From Amoebophrya sp. A120 (Eukaryota; Protista; Dinoflagellata): a stretch of 64,000 nt of DNA. Position numbers and translations under genes: made by a program. Location of the stretch: contig CAJINV010000010.1 of the NCBI GenBank assembly GCA_905178155.1, forward strand, positions 2,996,587 to 3,060,586, read 5' to 3'. The notes under the pieces were generated by a model. The model did not search any database, was not told where the DNA came from, and worked only from the letters and a program-made list of their open reading frames with translations. Of the stretch, positions 29,560-43,263 are shown piece by piece (the stretch's first letter is position 1; each line of letters starts with the position of its first letter).

Positions 29560-31400
29560 ACAACGGCGGCCCCTGACCGGGCCAAAGAACAACATGCCGC
29601 ACCAGGCTCGAAAACTACTTGACGCGCGACGCCCTTGCGCCGAGGCCGGCTGGCGACCGACCGGGGGAAGGGAGCACACCTTCGAAGCACCGACAGGGGG
29701 TGCTCACACACTGACGCCCCCCACTGCGCCGCCCCTTGTTGGTGCTGCGACGCGAGCCATTTTTCTCGGCCGGGGCTGAGCGGGCGCGAACCTGGCCGGG
29801 GGCGAGCGCGCGCGGCGCCATTGGCGGCCCGGTACGCCGGCCGCCGCCGCCCCGGCCAAGGGCTATAACAAGGCAGCGCGGCCGGAGCGTCGGGGCCCAC
29901 CAGCCAGGCGCGCAGCTTGGGCCCTTGGCTGGCGTGGCAAAATGCACAGGCTGACGTGGGCCGGCGGGCGGCGCGGTCGGCTTGCGCGGGTTCGCGCTCG
30001 CAATGACGCCGCTTTTTCCACACTGGGCCCCTCGCCGTCGTCCTCTGCGTCAGCCGGACAAGGCTGCTGGGACGGCCACAGAGCTACCGGCCCGCTTCGC
30101 TAGCTTCTTCTAGACGAAGGCGCCGCCGTGCGGGGGCTTCGCTGAAGCATCAAAGCACGGGCGGGCACGCCCCTGGCGCCAATAACACAGGCGCGCAACC
30201 ACGCGCGTGACACCACAGACGAGCGCCATGATGGCTGCGCAGCTGGGTCTCGCCGCAATCGCCGTCGCGGAGATAGGAGAGGGCTAGCGGTTACAGCAGG
30301 ACAAGCCTGCTTCTCCAATCGGCGGCGGAGCCATGGCGCCAAGACGCAAGATCTTCAGGCCCACCCACGCCCTCGTGACATAGTAACGAGCCATCTTTGT
30401 CTCAATTTCGATCACACGGAAATCCGGAACGGAAACCGGGTGGGAAAGTCAATGATCGTGAGACAAACTCGAAATAGATTACTTTCAAAAAGGAAAAGCC
30501 TCTCGCTCAGCCTGTTGTAGAACAGAAGTGCGTACCGGCGTTCGCCACACCCTCGCCATCCAACTACACTCATCTCTCAACAGCAAAAAGTTGCTGGGTC
30601 TCGAGAAGCAAGAACTATTTCTATTTCTGCTTGACGACTGCAGCGGGAGCTTTTGCTTTGTCATCTCTCGTTCGGAACAAGAGGATAAGGTCGCGCGGTT
30701 GCAAATTGAGACGGACAGATTTGCTGTTGCAATCGGCGCCGGAACAAGAGGCAGGCCACCGGCGGTCCGCTGCGACATCTCACGCAACCCACAGCCGGGG
30801 GGGCCGCTCCAGGGAGGCCACACGCGGCGCCGGCGCCACAACGCACGCAACAGGGTGCCGCGGGACGCCGGTGCGCGCGCCGGCAGCGATCCGGGGCGGG
30901 CCTCGACCCTTCCGCGGCGCCGCGACGGGGCGGGCGGGGGCGGGGCACAACACACGCCCGCGACAACAACAAGCGCGGCCGCTCGCTGCCGCATTGTTTG
31001 GCCCTGGCCCATCGCGGCGGGGGCGGGGCTTGATCGCGGTCGGCCGGACGCGCGGCCACCGGGCGCGGCACCAGGCAAGTCATTGGCGCAGGCGCGAAGC
31101 CGGCACAGAAAAACGAAAGGCGACGTGCGCGGCGGCTTGGGCGCAGTGCTGGAGCGCTTGGATTCGCTCTCGGCTTTCTCTGGTGCAGAAGCCGCGGCGG
31201 TAAATTTTGGAGCCTGGTTGTTGTAAATCGTCGGTCGGGCCTGTCCATGGCAGTCGTCGCCGCCCGTCGCTCCATGCCATTGGCGGCGCGAATCGTAGGG
31301 CGCGCGGCCCTGATCGGGGCGCCCCGCCTGATTCTTCAGCCTCTCACGACAATCAACGCGGACCCTGGAGCCCGCGGCCGCGTTCTGGGAAGTACTGATA
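29560..31400. repeat. two GC-rich intergenic islands (probable degenerate repeats)
   Basis: High GC at ~29560-30350 and ~30730-31400 with no credible CDS. Confidence 0.4.
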
Positions 31401-32312
31401 TGCCAATACGAGGCACACACAGCCATATTCTAGTGCGCTTCGACTCGTGGGGAGAGAAGAGAAGCTCCAGGTGTCCACTCATCACTCGCCATCCATCGTC
31501 CTCGATTATCTCAGCAACGAAAAAGGGACACTCGAGCACATCAAACAAGAATACAAAAATCTCTCAACATGCACATAGTTGACAACTTCAAAAGACTCTG
31601 TCCAACCGCAACTACCTCGACCCTCGGTGGAATAAAAGGAAGTTTTCGTGACGAGGAGAGGTGAACGCAACGGTACATGGTAGCTGCTAGCAAACGGCTC
31701 AGCTACGCTGCACCTCCATAGACAAAAGTCCCAAAGTTCACACATCGAATTTATGCACAAGTCTGTTCAATAGGAACAGGCGGAATCTTACAAGTACAAG
31801 TTTTCATCGTCTAGGTACTACTAGGTGATGTTCTTGGGATTGCCGGCATCATTCTGGTTCTCGATGGGAATGATCAACCTCCATGTTTGATGCGCCATGT
31901 CGTGCTTGCGTCACCAGCAACGTCAAGTTGCTACTTACAAATGCGGGTCCCACAGGATCGAAACGTAATGTACAGTACATTCTTACAAAAAAAGTTAAGA
32001 AACCTAAATTTGGTACATGGTTTTCCCATTTTCCTTTCGCATTAACCACTTTCTGGTTGTTACATAGTGATAGCTTTGCAAAGATGTTTTGATTTACTGC
32101 CTTCGCCGCGCCACCCGTGCGCAGCAACTTATTTTGTGTCAAAAAGCTAGTAACACAAAAACAGATGGATAGTGTGTTGATACCTTTTGTTTTCATACGT
32201 GTATATTTCTGATTGATTTTGGTTTCAATGAAGATTAATGTCTACGACTGACGAACGCGTCTTAATTCGTGGTCTGAGTCGAAAGAACTGCAGCTTTTTT
32301 GTCAAATTCCCC

Positions 32313-34442
32313 TTATGCGACCTCCTCCGCCACTTCCCTCCGGATTTGGATGTTTTTCTCGTACAAAACATTCTCCAGCGGACCCTTGACCGGTTGTAAC
32401 TGCCCAGCGACCTTCATGTCATCGGCCCAAGAACCTGTCATGCGAAGTTTGGAATGACGATGAATTGTTTGAAAACGAAACAAATAATGAACAAGCATCA
32501 AGGGAACACCGACACGCATGTGACAAGCACAAAATGAAATCGCATTCGAAGTTGTGCATGAGAACAAAAAAAGTACGCCATCTTCCTCTATACCTTTGAA
32601 GAACTTGAACGGCTGGCTTTCGACGTACATAATTTCTCCCTGGCCATGTCGCTTCCCATTACAAAAATCGCCTGTGTACGTCCCGACGCTGGCAATTTCC
32701 TGCACCCCCTTGCCGTGCTTCAGATCATCTGATAGAGTTTGATTGATGTGTGTTGCGATCCTTGCATGCGAATTCATCTTTGCTTCTGCAATGGCTATGG
32801 CATCATCTCAATTGCGCATGACAAGAAAAACAAAAAGATGAAGGCTGTGATAGTACTTATCTTTTTCTATACCTGCCCACTCGCCGGTGTATTTCTCCGA
32901 GTGTGGTAGATTTGCCCGGAACATCTTACTCGACAGCTCTCCTTTCCCGTGTCGCTATGCACTGCAAAAGTAGCATCGTACTAGTAGTGTAAATCGATTC
33001 ATGACAAATTTCCTCAGCGTGGTGAGAAATGAAATCTGTAATGCGGATTTAACTTGAGAAAGAAATCTGTAATGCATGAATGCGATTAGAACGTCGAGTA
33101 CGATAGTACTTTTGCGATGCATAGTCGCAAGTTTTCTACGAAATCACCGGAGTACGTCACGCCGTCCTTCAGGTAATCAATCGTCCCGACGCCGTGCATA
33201 TCAAATGTAAAAATGTCTGGGTCTGGAAGAATGCATGTTTGTCATGCTTGTCTGGCATGACTCTTAAATCTGTCATGCGCGTTCGCCACGAGCTCCATTT
33301 TTCTGCGATGCAGAAACGCAGTTTGTCATGCAGAATAGGCAACACCTAGAAGCTCAGAAACTTGTGATGCTGAGCCAGCATTTGTGGCCTCATCATGAGA
33401 CGCCAGCCAGCATCACAGGTTTCCAGACCCAGACATGTTTACATTCGATAGTGCATGTTGTCTCGGTGGAAACCTCCCGTGTACTCGAAATCGAGGGTCT
33501 TTAGAGTGCCAGTCCCGTGTCGGAAACCCTCGCGCCAGTCGCCTTCGTACCTGTGAATTCATGATGTTCAACATGTGTATACACGCGTAGCTAGAAGTGG
33601 TCGGTTGGTAGTTCACTGCATGATCACAGACACCACGAGTAAAAGGGAGTTGCAAAGTACTAGATGATCAGCATCAAGTTGATAAAGATTTGTGAGCAGA
33701 CATAAGTTAGTACGTTGTCCTCTTCTCGTTATCCGTGAACTTTCCCTTTCTGTGCTTGTAGCTCGATACCCACTCGCCTTCGTACTTGTTTCTTTCGTAG
33801 AAGTAAACGCCGTAGCCATGAAACTCGTCACGAATGAACTGGCCTTCGTATCTTGTGCCCGGAATGCGGGAAAAGTAGTACCTGATAGGAGTTATGCATG
33901 GTAATTCATATCAGCATTCGCTTTTCCGCATCACAAAAAATCGCAGTGACAAAAAACATCCTAATCCTTATATCATACGTTCCGTTCCCCTGCCTGAATC
34001 CGTCCACAAACTCCCCCTCATACACATCCCCATTTTCGTATTCCACCCTTGAAAACGTGTTTCTCACGACCGTCACCGGGTAGGATTTCTCCAGCGGTGG
34101 GTACTCGTGCTTCTTCTCCAGCTCCTCTCGAATCTGCTCCGGCTCCAACTGCATTGGCTTGGTGGAGCTGCTCGACTGTGTGGGCGGCGACATGATTTTC
34201 TTTTCAAAAATCCTCCGGTCAATGCTGTTCCAGATCTTGGCCTCAATGGGGAGAAATCTACGCTCTTCATGGGTTAGGGAATTTTGAATAAAGGAAAAAG
34301 CCGTTTCCACGGAGTTATTCACGTCGGAGTGGGGCACGACGAGACCGGAGGGCGTGGTCGTGTAGGAAGGGCGGGTTGTGGTGGCGGCTGGTGCGCCGCC
34401 TGCAGTTGTTCCGGTTGTGGGGCTGGGGGCACGCAGGGACAT
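32313..34442 (-). CDS. MORN repeat protein
   Basis: YENGDVYEGEFVDGFRQGNGTY, YEGQF and YTGDFCNGKRHGQG repeats. Several GT-AG introns and two introners. Confidence 0.85.
32956..33123. mobile_element. introner family A (R)
   Basis: TSD GTCGC. Confidence 0.9.
33199..33450. mobile_element. introner family B
   Basis: TSD GTGCA; close inverted copy of 39518-39769. Confidence 0.92.
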
Positions 34443-34977
34443 TTTGGTGGAGGCTGTGGATGGTCTTCTTCGTGGCCGCCTTGGAGGTTTTTCGTCTGCT
34501 CTTTTAGTAAAATAAAATTGAAAAATGATGAAAAAATCGAACAAATATAGAGTCGCGCAAATAGTCGCGAAACTCAAGAGGGGTCGCGGTTGACGTGAAT
34601 TCGTTCCTGCGATAAACATTTCGTTGTCATTCTTCATTGTAGGCGACGTTGCAAATGCAATTTCTCATTTTGAACGTTTTCGTCTCCGTCATGTACGATT
34701 CGTCAACACGAGGTACGTAGTGTCTTCACGTTACCGGCTTTAGATGTACGACGACAAAACGGACGAAGTGTTGTGGGTCTTGTACGAGGACAAAAGCAAG
34801 TTAGTACGTTGTTGAGAAGTAGATCACTCTAGTTCTACTCCTGGAACAAGTTGAAGCATTTTGGACTGAAAAGGCAGAGATGTAAAGCAGGCGTAAGTTG
34901 AATGCAAAAGGTTGCAAAAACGTTGAGCGCCAGGTTTTCAGGAACAGCACAACATCAGAGCGCGCACGTTCTTCATC

Positions 34978-37900
34978 TCAACCTTCCTTCCTATCCCACA
35001 GCCGCAGCAACCCCTTGTCTTGGCACGACACCATCACAGACAAATTCCAGTCCAACCCGACTGGTGCCTCGACATCGGGAACCTGCGTCACAAGTTTCAG
35101 GCCGGAAGATACCTCCATCGTGTACAGAATATTGCCGATGCTTGCCAGTTTAGTACCCGTGGTCTCTTCTGCTTGCGGCTCTCGCTCTCCTACGACTACG
35201 CTGCTTGATTCAGACGACGCGAGAAACACCAGAAACTGACCGCAACTTGAGAAGGCCAGCAAGGAAGAGCAGCGCGGAGGTGTCAATGCAGGTCCCCGCA
35301 GACGCTGCTGCGAACTCCACTCCCAGAGAACTTGGAAAGCGGCAGTCACCCCGTATGTTGAACCTGATGAACCACTTGTCGCGGCGGGGACAGCGGAAAC
35401 ATGGTGCTGAACTGCAACAGACGCACGAAGCAGCCGTAGCTTCTCTCTCCCGTCGGAGACTGCGATAAACAACGTTTCTTGTAGTCGGCTATTTGTCCGC
35501 AGCGCGTTAGCTGGACTCCCACTTCCGCTACTCGACGTGTGCCCCAGGTGCGGACTGCTGTTGTTGAAGAGCCGGATTGCTTCCACACTCGCCTGCTGTA
35601 CTCCCTCTCCAGCACCAAAGACGCTGCGGTATACCGCAGGGTTTTGCAGAAGAGTCGTTTCCTCAGCGGGTGCTCCACCACGCCGCTCGATATTGCGCTC
35701 CGAAGCGAGTAGAAGATCGCCCTTTTTCGTACCCAGGCAGAAGTAGGAAGGAGAGGCTGATGAGGTACTATCAGGAGTCGTGCCTGGAACGAAGTCGTGT
35801 GCTGCGTCGCATGCGGTGAAGCCGTACGATTCGTCTTCGTCAGTTTCAATCTGACCTTGGCCAGCTCCTTTCTGCTGGAGTAGAACCTTCATCGCCACTT
35901 GCGCAATTATCGGGATCGTTTTACCACCACTGGTTTCCTCTCGGTTGTTGATCTGCAAGAACGTTGTCGTCGACCGTCCGAGCGGTTTATTGCCACCCAT
36001 CCCGCCGCGCTCCCGCGTCTGCACGGCAAGTAGCAGCCAGGAGGAGCGGCTGGTCCCGTTATGGGCAATACCTATACCAGGTGTAGTGGCTGCATTGGCA
36101 CTGACATTGTGTTGCTCCGCGAGGAATTTGAGTTCCACGACCTCGTCGTGGCTTGGTTCTGGAGTAAGTTTGTAGCTGCAGAGAAACGGGAACTCGAAGA
36201 TATTCTCTTCCGGCTCGCGGAACTCGAAAAGCACAACAAGTGCAGCTGTTGGCGCTGATAATTCATTTTCCCCGCTAGTCTCGAGCGCCACGGCTAACAA
36301 ACTGCGGTCCGGGGAGAAGGTGGCGTACGAAATTTTTGCGGGGCTGTCTACAACTCCAGGATCATCGCTCCTGATTCGCTGTTCTTGTACTACCGCATTC
36401 ACATCCAGCGTCGCCAGCAGTTTCGCGCTCTCCGCGTCGAGCAGTAAAACATGCCCCGAGTCGGTTCCGATCACGAAAAAAGCGTCCTGTTCCGTCACGG
36501 AGCATATGAAGTGCAAAAGTAACGTACTAGTATAAATTGCAATACAAATTGGCTCAGCATTACAAATTGAATTTGCAATGCGGATTTGCCTTAGGAACTA
36601 GATTTGTATAATGCATAAATGCAATTAGTACGAGTACGATACTTTTGCACAGGATAGAGCAGGTAAAACACGTCAACTCCTTGTCTGGCGTCACGAGTCT
36701 CTTCTGCCGTTTCACCCGCTCTGGGGGAGTGGAGTGGGAGTTGTTGTAAGCTACTGCCATGTAGTCAGTAGCTGTGGTAGCAGGGGGACCTTGCTGCTGC
36801 AGGCTCGCTGCTCCCGGGTTATTTGACGGTGGTTGCAGTGGCTCCAGAGGAGACGGCACTACACTAGACGGCAACGAGGAACCGCCGATCGAAGCGGGTT
36901 GTTCTACACCCGATTTGCTACTTATACTTCCTCGAGGAGCCGCGGCTTGTCCCTCTGGAGGGCGCTGCACCGATGTAGTGGAAAACTCGCCTTGTTTTGC
37001 GGTGGTACTGGTACCTTTGTAGCTCGCCCCGGTCCCGCCTATTGTCGTCTCGAGTGAAGTACTTCCAGTTCCAACATGTAAACCACTCTTACTGGCACCG
37101 TTCCCGCCGGGCACCAGCTGCGCGGAAGTTGACAACCCTGGTGCCCCCGAGGTCGTGGTGGACTCCCCACCGGGTGTCTTCGCTTGTTCCGGAAACAATC
37201 GCCTGTCGATGTGGTCTAACAGCTGCAGCTCGTGCCTCCGCGCGTCGTGTAGATCTTCCTTCGCCCGGAGATTCGCTCGCAACTGTTCGTTCTCCTTTAG
37301 GAGTCGCTCCATCTTGTCTGCGAGTCTCTGCATCTCTTTGCTGGTTGTATTACTGTCGTTTTGTATCTGTTCCACTGGAGACGGCTGTGCACTTGCACTA
37401 GTTGACGACGCGGCATAATTATGAAGGGCTGCACTGGACGAGGCCGCTTGATTCCTCGCCACCTGGACCTCTTTCCGCATTCTCTTCGCTTCTTCCTCCG
37501 CCCGGTACATGCGGCTCAGGCAATTTTCTAGGTTTTCCTCCAACTCGCGCACCCGGTCTTCGCTTTCAAAATGCATCGCCTGCGCGTGGTGCTTCTCCAC
37601 CTGCAACGCGTCTAGTTGTTTCAGCAATTGCATCTGTTCGTGGTCGGCCAGCATGTCCGCTACTGGGGACTGCATCTGGTCCCCGTTGGGAGACACCGTC
37701 ACTGCGGTGTTGGAGAATTGCACTTGATTTACGATTCCTAATTGTGCAGCACCACCGCTGTTTTGCAGCGGACCAACAACTGCACCTGGTTGGTACGGCA
37801 CGGGTTGGTGGAGATGCGGGGGCACGAGTAAGTTATTCCCACTCCCTCCGCCCCCTTGCGGAAGGGTCGGGGACGGGGAACTCGAGATCGCTGTGTTGGT

Positions 37901-38419
37901 CGTTTCGCCGGATAAAGTCCGGGCTGCCGAGGCAAGCTGTTGGTGCTGGCTAGAAAAAACCCTCGGATCCGGGGAAAACGGCCGGGAGATCCGGCCGGAA
38001 TTGGATGTGAGATTTGCGGAGTTGAGGATTGTCGCTTGGTAGTGCTGGATGAGCTCCGAAAATTCTGGTTGCGCGATGAGCTTCATGCTCCGGAATTCCA
38101 ACTGTCGTTCGATGTGCAGCCGCCAGGGCGGGTACTCGGAGATGGGGAGGGGTGGGGCGGTTTTGTTATGCTGGTTTGATGTAGAGGAGGTACTGGAAGT
38201 AGCAACTCCTCCGCCTGAACCTGATGTTGGTTGCGCAGCTGCAGCATTTTGCGCAAGGACACCGCTCCCGCTAGTAGCAACTGTGTTGGGAATATTTCCA
38301 GACGCCGAGCCCGATCCGGCGGAACCCGAGCCTTTGAGAGAAGACGGTGGGTTGTTGCTGGGTGTGTTCCCAGTGGAGGACGTCGCGGACGACGCTTGTG
38401 ATTGGGTCGTGGAACTCAT
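34978..38419 (-). CDS. coiled-coil protein with C-terminal WD40-like beta-propeller, 2 exons
   Basis: ORFs 36560-38437 and 34978-36516 join in frame (FTCS|VTEQ). WD-like segments include ISYATFSPDRSLLAV and SCQDKGLLRLWD. Confidence 0.7.
36505..36656. mobile_element. introner family A (R)
   Basis: TSD GAGCA. Confidence 0.92.
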
Positions 38420-38947
38420 TTTTGTTCTTTTGTACACTGGGGGCTAGCCGTATTATAGGCTAAGTAAGACAACTGAATGTCCTATTCCGCTTAGAGAAAA
38501 CGATGTACACGGCAAAGACTAGGACACCAGCAGGAGCTGCGCCTACGTAGCGCCATAGTTATGCTTATGTGATGAATCACTCCAAGTTGTACAACTAGAT
38601 CATCAGCTCCGTGCTTTTCGCTCATTGCACCGCTGCAGAGCAGTTCAAGAAAGAAATGTCTGTCATCAAACTCAAGCTTTGAAATGAAGAAGAGGCTGCC
38701 TCGACACCACAGAAACACGGTAAGAGAAGAAGCACCGTGCCGACGAACAAGCACTGGAGAGGAACATCTAGGAGGTGCTGTGCTCCTGCAGACGCTGAGG
38801 TCGTGAATCCATGTTAATTTGAAGTTCCAGTTTGTCGCTTTGCATTTTCCATGTTGTAAGTACTCGTTTAAAAACAAAAAGCAAGCACAAGCATGACACC
38901 CAAGCTCTTCTTCAGATGTCATCTCCACCTACTACGTCCTCTTAATC

Positions 38948-41900
38948 TTATGCCGCCAGACACACGCTTCTCCTTCTTGCATTCAGCATATCGGGCAGTG
39001 TCTGCCATTCCAGTGTTTCCAAATCCAACCGAAAAACTTTCTGCACCGGCTGGCCTTTGCTGTTACCCCCGCAGACGAAGATGGAATTGGACAGAACTTC
39101 TTCCGTGGTCTTGCTGGTAGTTCCAACCTCGTCAATATCCGCTCGTGGTTCAGCGGTCATCTGCATAGCAGGTTCTTGACCAACATGCGACGACAAGTTG
39201 TACCCACAGGCGGAAAAGCAGTGATAATCCGGGAGCGGCAGGGTGCAGTCGAGCTATCCAAGAAAAAAACATTGTAGGTGTAACTTTTTTGTAGGAACAG
39301 CATTACAAATTTGTCTGGCATGACAGCAGACACCTGTCATGCGCAGATAGTACGCGAAAACGCCCTTTAATGGACCCGACGATGCATGCCAAGCATTACA
39401 GACGCAATCACTTCGCATGTTGCGCATCACAAATTTACACTAACAACGTTTTTTTCTTGGATACGAGCTTTTCGTAGGCGAGTGTGATTTGCGGAAGGAT
39501 CGTTCGCGGTTGCTCCTTATCAAATGTAAAAATGTCTGGGTCTGGAAACTTGTGATGCTGGGTGTCGTCTCATGATGAGGCCACAGATGCTGGCTCGGCA
39601 TGACAAGTTTCTGAGCTTCTAGGTGTTGCCTATTCTGCATGACAAACTGCGTTTCTGCATCGCAGAAAAATGGAGCTCTTGGGTAACGTGCATGACAGAT
39701 TTGAGAGCCATGCCAGACAAGCACGACAAACATGCATTCTTCCAGACCCAGACATTTTTACATTTGATACTGCTCGTCCTCGACTCCCACTAAAACCTTG
39801 TAAACGGCCTTTCCGTTTCCAAACGGGAGAAGGTAGATCACATTTTTGCCACTTCCTAACGATGAACTCGTGGTCCCTACTGCTTGCACACAACTTTCCC
39901 TGATGTCTGCGGGTAGTGGGGAAAGCCTGTCTTCTGCATTTTCCGAATCCGATGGGTGCAGCCAGCACTGGTTTAAGCAGTCGAAGCAGTCCACTTTGTC
40001 CGTTTTCTGATTTTCGGAGACAAATCCGCCGAACACGAAGATAAATCTGTCTTTGAAAGCCGTGACGCCGGCTAGTCGGCGGGCCGTGGGGAGGGGTTGG
40101 GGAACAAGGGAGCTTTGGGTCGGGTCGACGTTGTCCTCTAAGGTGTCTCCCCTTGTTTGTTGTCGTTTTCCACCTTTCATCTTCGCCGATGTTGAACCTG
40201 TGCGAGACGTTTTTCGGTTGTTGGCCGCTGCACCACGTCCCCGTCCAGTAGACTTGCAGGAGTTCTTCGCTCTAGAAGCGGTTAAAGCACCGTCTTTAGT
40301 ACCACCTTTACCAGATGTCGTCGCAGAAGATGACGACGCACTGGACGATGACGAGGAGGCTGATCTTTTCGTGTTGTTTTTTCCCAGCAGCATCTTCCTT
40401 CGTGGCTGGTGATGGAAACACGGCTGCCACGTCCACTTCTGCTTTTCGTCGCTGTATACGAGCTTTTCAATCAACGAGCAGCTCACCGTTCCATATTCCC
40501 AGCCGCCAACAGCGTACGCCGTGTTCCGCACGGTCACGAGAGACAAGGCGTGCCTCGCGGTGGCCAACTTCGCTTTTTGGAGGGAGCGGAGAGAGAATCT
40601 GTCTGTGTTGTAGTTCTGGAGCTGATTTGGAAGATCGGCTGCCACGGCGCTGTGATCATTTGCTCCGTCGAGTCTTCCGGAGCCGCGAGGGCGAGCTTCG
40701 ACTTTGTCATGATGATTCTGAAACAGAAACTCCGGCGCGGTAGTGTCCAAGTCGGCTAGGATTTCCGTGGTGGCCAAATTGCCGTCGCAACTCCCACCGC
40801 CCGCGACGACGAGGATTTTTTGTTCTCCCAGCTGCATGTGTGCTTCTTTCGCATTCTGCTCTGCTACAGCAGCGCCATTGCTCCTTTCCTGTTCGTTCTT
40901 CTGCATGGCAAAGTTAATTGCGCAGCAACCATGCGACCCGCGCGCTTCGTCGAGGATCGGAAGCCGCTCCCACTTTATACCCCCTTCAGGCGAGGAATTT
41001 GTCATGCTAGTATCCCCGGAACCAGATAGAACAAGTCGATCCAACCTGAGCCTTTCGCACTGCTGCATCGTGTCTCCGCGGTTCCGGCCGCCAATCACGT
41101 AGAGGTAGGGACAACAGGAGCTCGGGTCGTTGTTATCTGTGGAGAGCCGCTCTTTCTTCGCCCGCGCGATTGCTTTCCCTGCTGGTGTGGAACAGGTTGT
41201 TGACAACGAGATGTCAAGTTCGGTAGTTGTTGTTTCCGCACACGGTCCAGCAGCAGCAAGTCCCTCCAGAACCACGCCATCTGCTTTCAGCATCAACGGA
41301 CACTCAACTGCTTTATGTCCCTTTTGCAAGCAGTAATGACAATGACTATGGTCTAAGTCGCACTTCCCAAGTTTCCATCTTTTACACCCGTTCTCTTTGT
41401 CGTAGTTGTGAAAGCGGCAAATCTCAATTTCTTGTTTTCCGGTTGCCGTGTCCAGCTGCACAAACCTTACCGGGCGCTTGAGCGGATAGCGGTCTTCGAG
41501 ATCCTTGCCGTTGCGGCGAAATTTGCTCCGACCCTGGATCTCCTCGCTGTCGGCTTTTTGCTGGAAAAGGGTAAAGAAGTCTGTGCCCGCGGTTTTGAAA
41601 AAGACGTCGTCGGACCGTTTTTGTTGTCTCTGACAACTTTCATGAACGACGTTGAGGACATCGTTCTCATGTTTCATCTCCACATCACCCGTCTCTTCGA
41701 CATGTCCATCCGCAGCAGCTTGAGCTTCCTTGGTACAGCTGCCCAGCTTCTTGTCCTCGACGTGCTTGTTCCCCTCTCTATCCGTCATCCCCGATGTTGA
41801 AACATATTCCTTCATCAACGCGTACAATTTTTCGCTTTTCACCACAAACTTCTTCTCGATTCGCCCAAGTCTTGACTGCGCCCCGCACGTCACACCAGAT

Positions 41901-43263
41901 TCCAATAAACTGGAGATCAACTTAAAAACCGCCTTCAATTCCCTCGTGCCGTTGATGTCGATGAAGCAAACTTCCGCTGGTTTCGCCCACGTTTTGATGA
42001 AGCTCTGGTCTTCTAAACAGTCCACTCGGTGGTACCGGAGGGAGCAGAGAGTTTTGGATTGCGTGTTGTTATCTGCGTTTTGCCAGTTTTTTGGCCCGTC
42101 TTTTTCCAAAACTGGGGTTTCGTAGTGTTTTCTCGCGTGCTCGTACATATCGAAGCAGCTGTCGAACCCGATTATTTGCACCAAGTCTTGCTTCATTTTC
42201 TTGAATATCCACTGCAAAAGTATCGTACTCGTATGAATTGCAGGCATGCATGACAAATCTGGTTTCCTACCCAAATCTGCATCACAAATTCCAATTTTCT
42301 TCCTGATAAAATTTGTCATGCGATTTATACTAGTACGACACTTCTGCAATGCATATTGAAATTCGGTGTTTCTTTGATCTCCTCCGGGATCTTCGATTTC
42401 ACGTAGTTGCAGCAACTGTCGTACAGCATCTTTGTCGTTTGCCCGTGCGCGGACCCAATCTCGATGACCCTGGAGGGAACGATGGGCAGTGGGGTGAAGA
42501 TGCTTTTTTTCGACGATTTTTCGGCTTCGTCGATGGTTTCGTCAAGACCAGCAGCGCCGTTTTTGCCTTCTCCTTCATCATCCACCGCCGTGACCGGCAC
42601 CGCCCGGAGCCAGTTCTTGACGTGCTTTGCGCATTTCCGGTATTGAGTCGTCGTGTTGCAGACGATGATGTGGGCTTGCTTGTCACTTTCGTCGTGGTTC
42701 TCCACATCATTTTTTGGTTCGTCGGACCGGAGAACGCAGCGGTTTCTCTCCCAGTCCGCGTCGAATAGAATGAAACGGACGTTGGGAGGAGATATGCTTT
42801 TTGAGTTTTCCACTTCACACGCCGTCCTCGCCTGTGAAGATGGAGATGCAGGGTCTGATGTCCTCTGATGAGTAGAAGGAGCTGCAGTACAATCCACAGC
42901 GCGCTGCTCCTCTTTTTGGAACTTATTTTTCCCCACGCCGCCCGAACGAGGAGGTGCAGTAGAGGGCATGACCACTTTGCTCTCAATTTGCGTCGTGTTC
43001 GTCTCGGTGGGTGAAGATGAACTGCAGACAACTGCAGACGAGGAATTCGAATTTGCTCCACCAGAGCTCCTGCTTGTCTTTTCAATCATGGGCCGCTTCG
43101 GCTCTGGAAGGAGTGTGTACTCCGCCTCTGGGACCACGTGGCCGTCATTCATTTCGTAGTCGTCTCGTCTCGACGGACATGAGTCATTTTCTAGGCTAAA
43201 GTTTTGGTTTTCTGAGATGCCGGTGGAGCTGCACGGAGAAGGATCGATAACTTGGTTGTTCAT
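38948..43263 (-). CDS. multidomain protein: SAM-methyltransferase-like + CCCH + CCHC zinc fingers + Kelch repeats, 4 exons
   Basis: VIEIGSAHGQTT...IIGFD...FIDING; CRFHNYDKENGCKRWKLGKCDLDH; CHYCLQKGHKAVEC; Kelch motifs LYVIGG, AYAVGG, IFVFGG and IFVCGG. In-frame joins across three introners. Confidence 0.75.
39255..39463. mobile_element. introner family E
   Basis: TIR TATCCAAGAAAAAAAAC/GTTTTTTTCTTGGATA; TSD CGAGC. Confidence 0.9.
39518..39769. mobile_element. introner family B
   Basis: Perfect 30-bp TIR TATCAAATGTAAAAATGTCTGGGTCTGGAA; TSD CTCCT/CTGCT. Confidence 0.92.
42206..42355. mobile_element. introner family A (F)
   Basis: TSD TTGAA. Confidence 0.9.

Noticed and set aside
13876-31426. 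Numerous Arg/Pro/Gly/Ala-rich ORFs of 100-318 aa in the GC islands
   Set aside because: They overlap in many frames on both strands, as expected from stop-codon depletion in GC-rich DNA, and show no domains.
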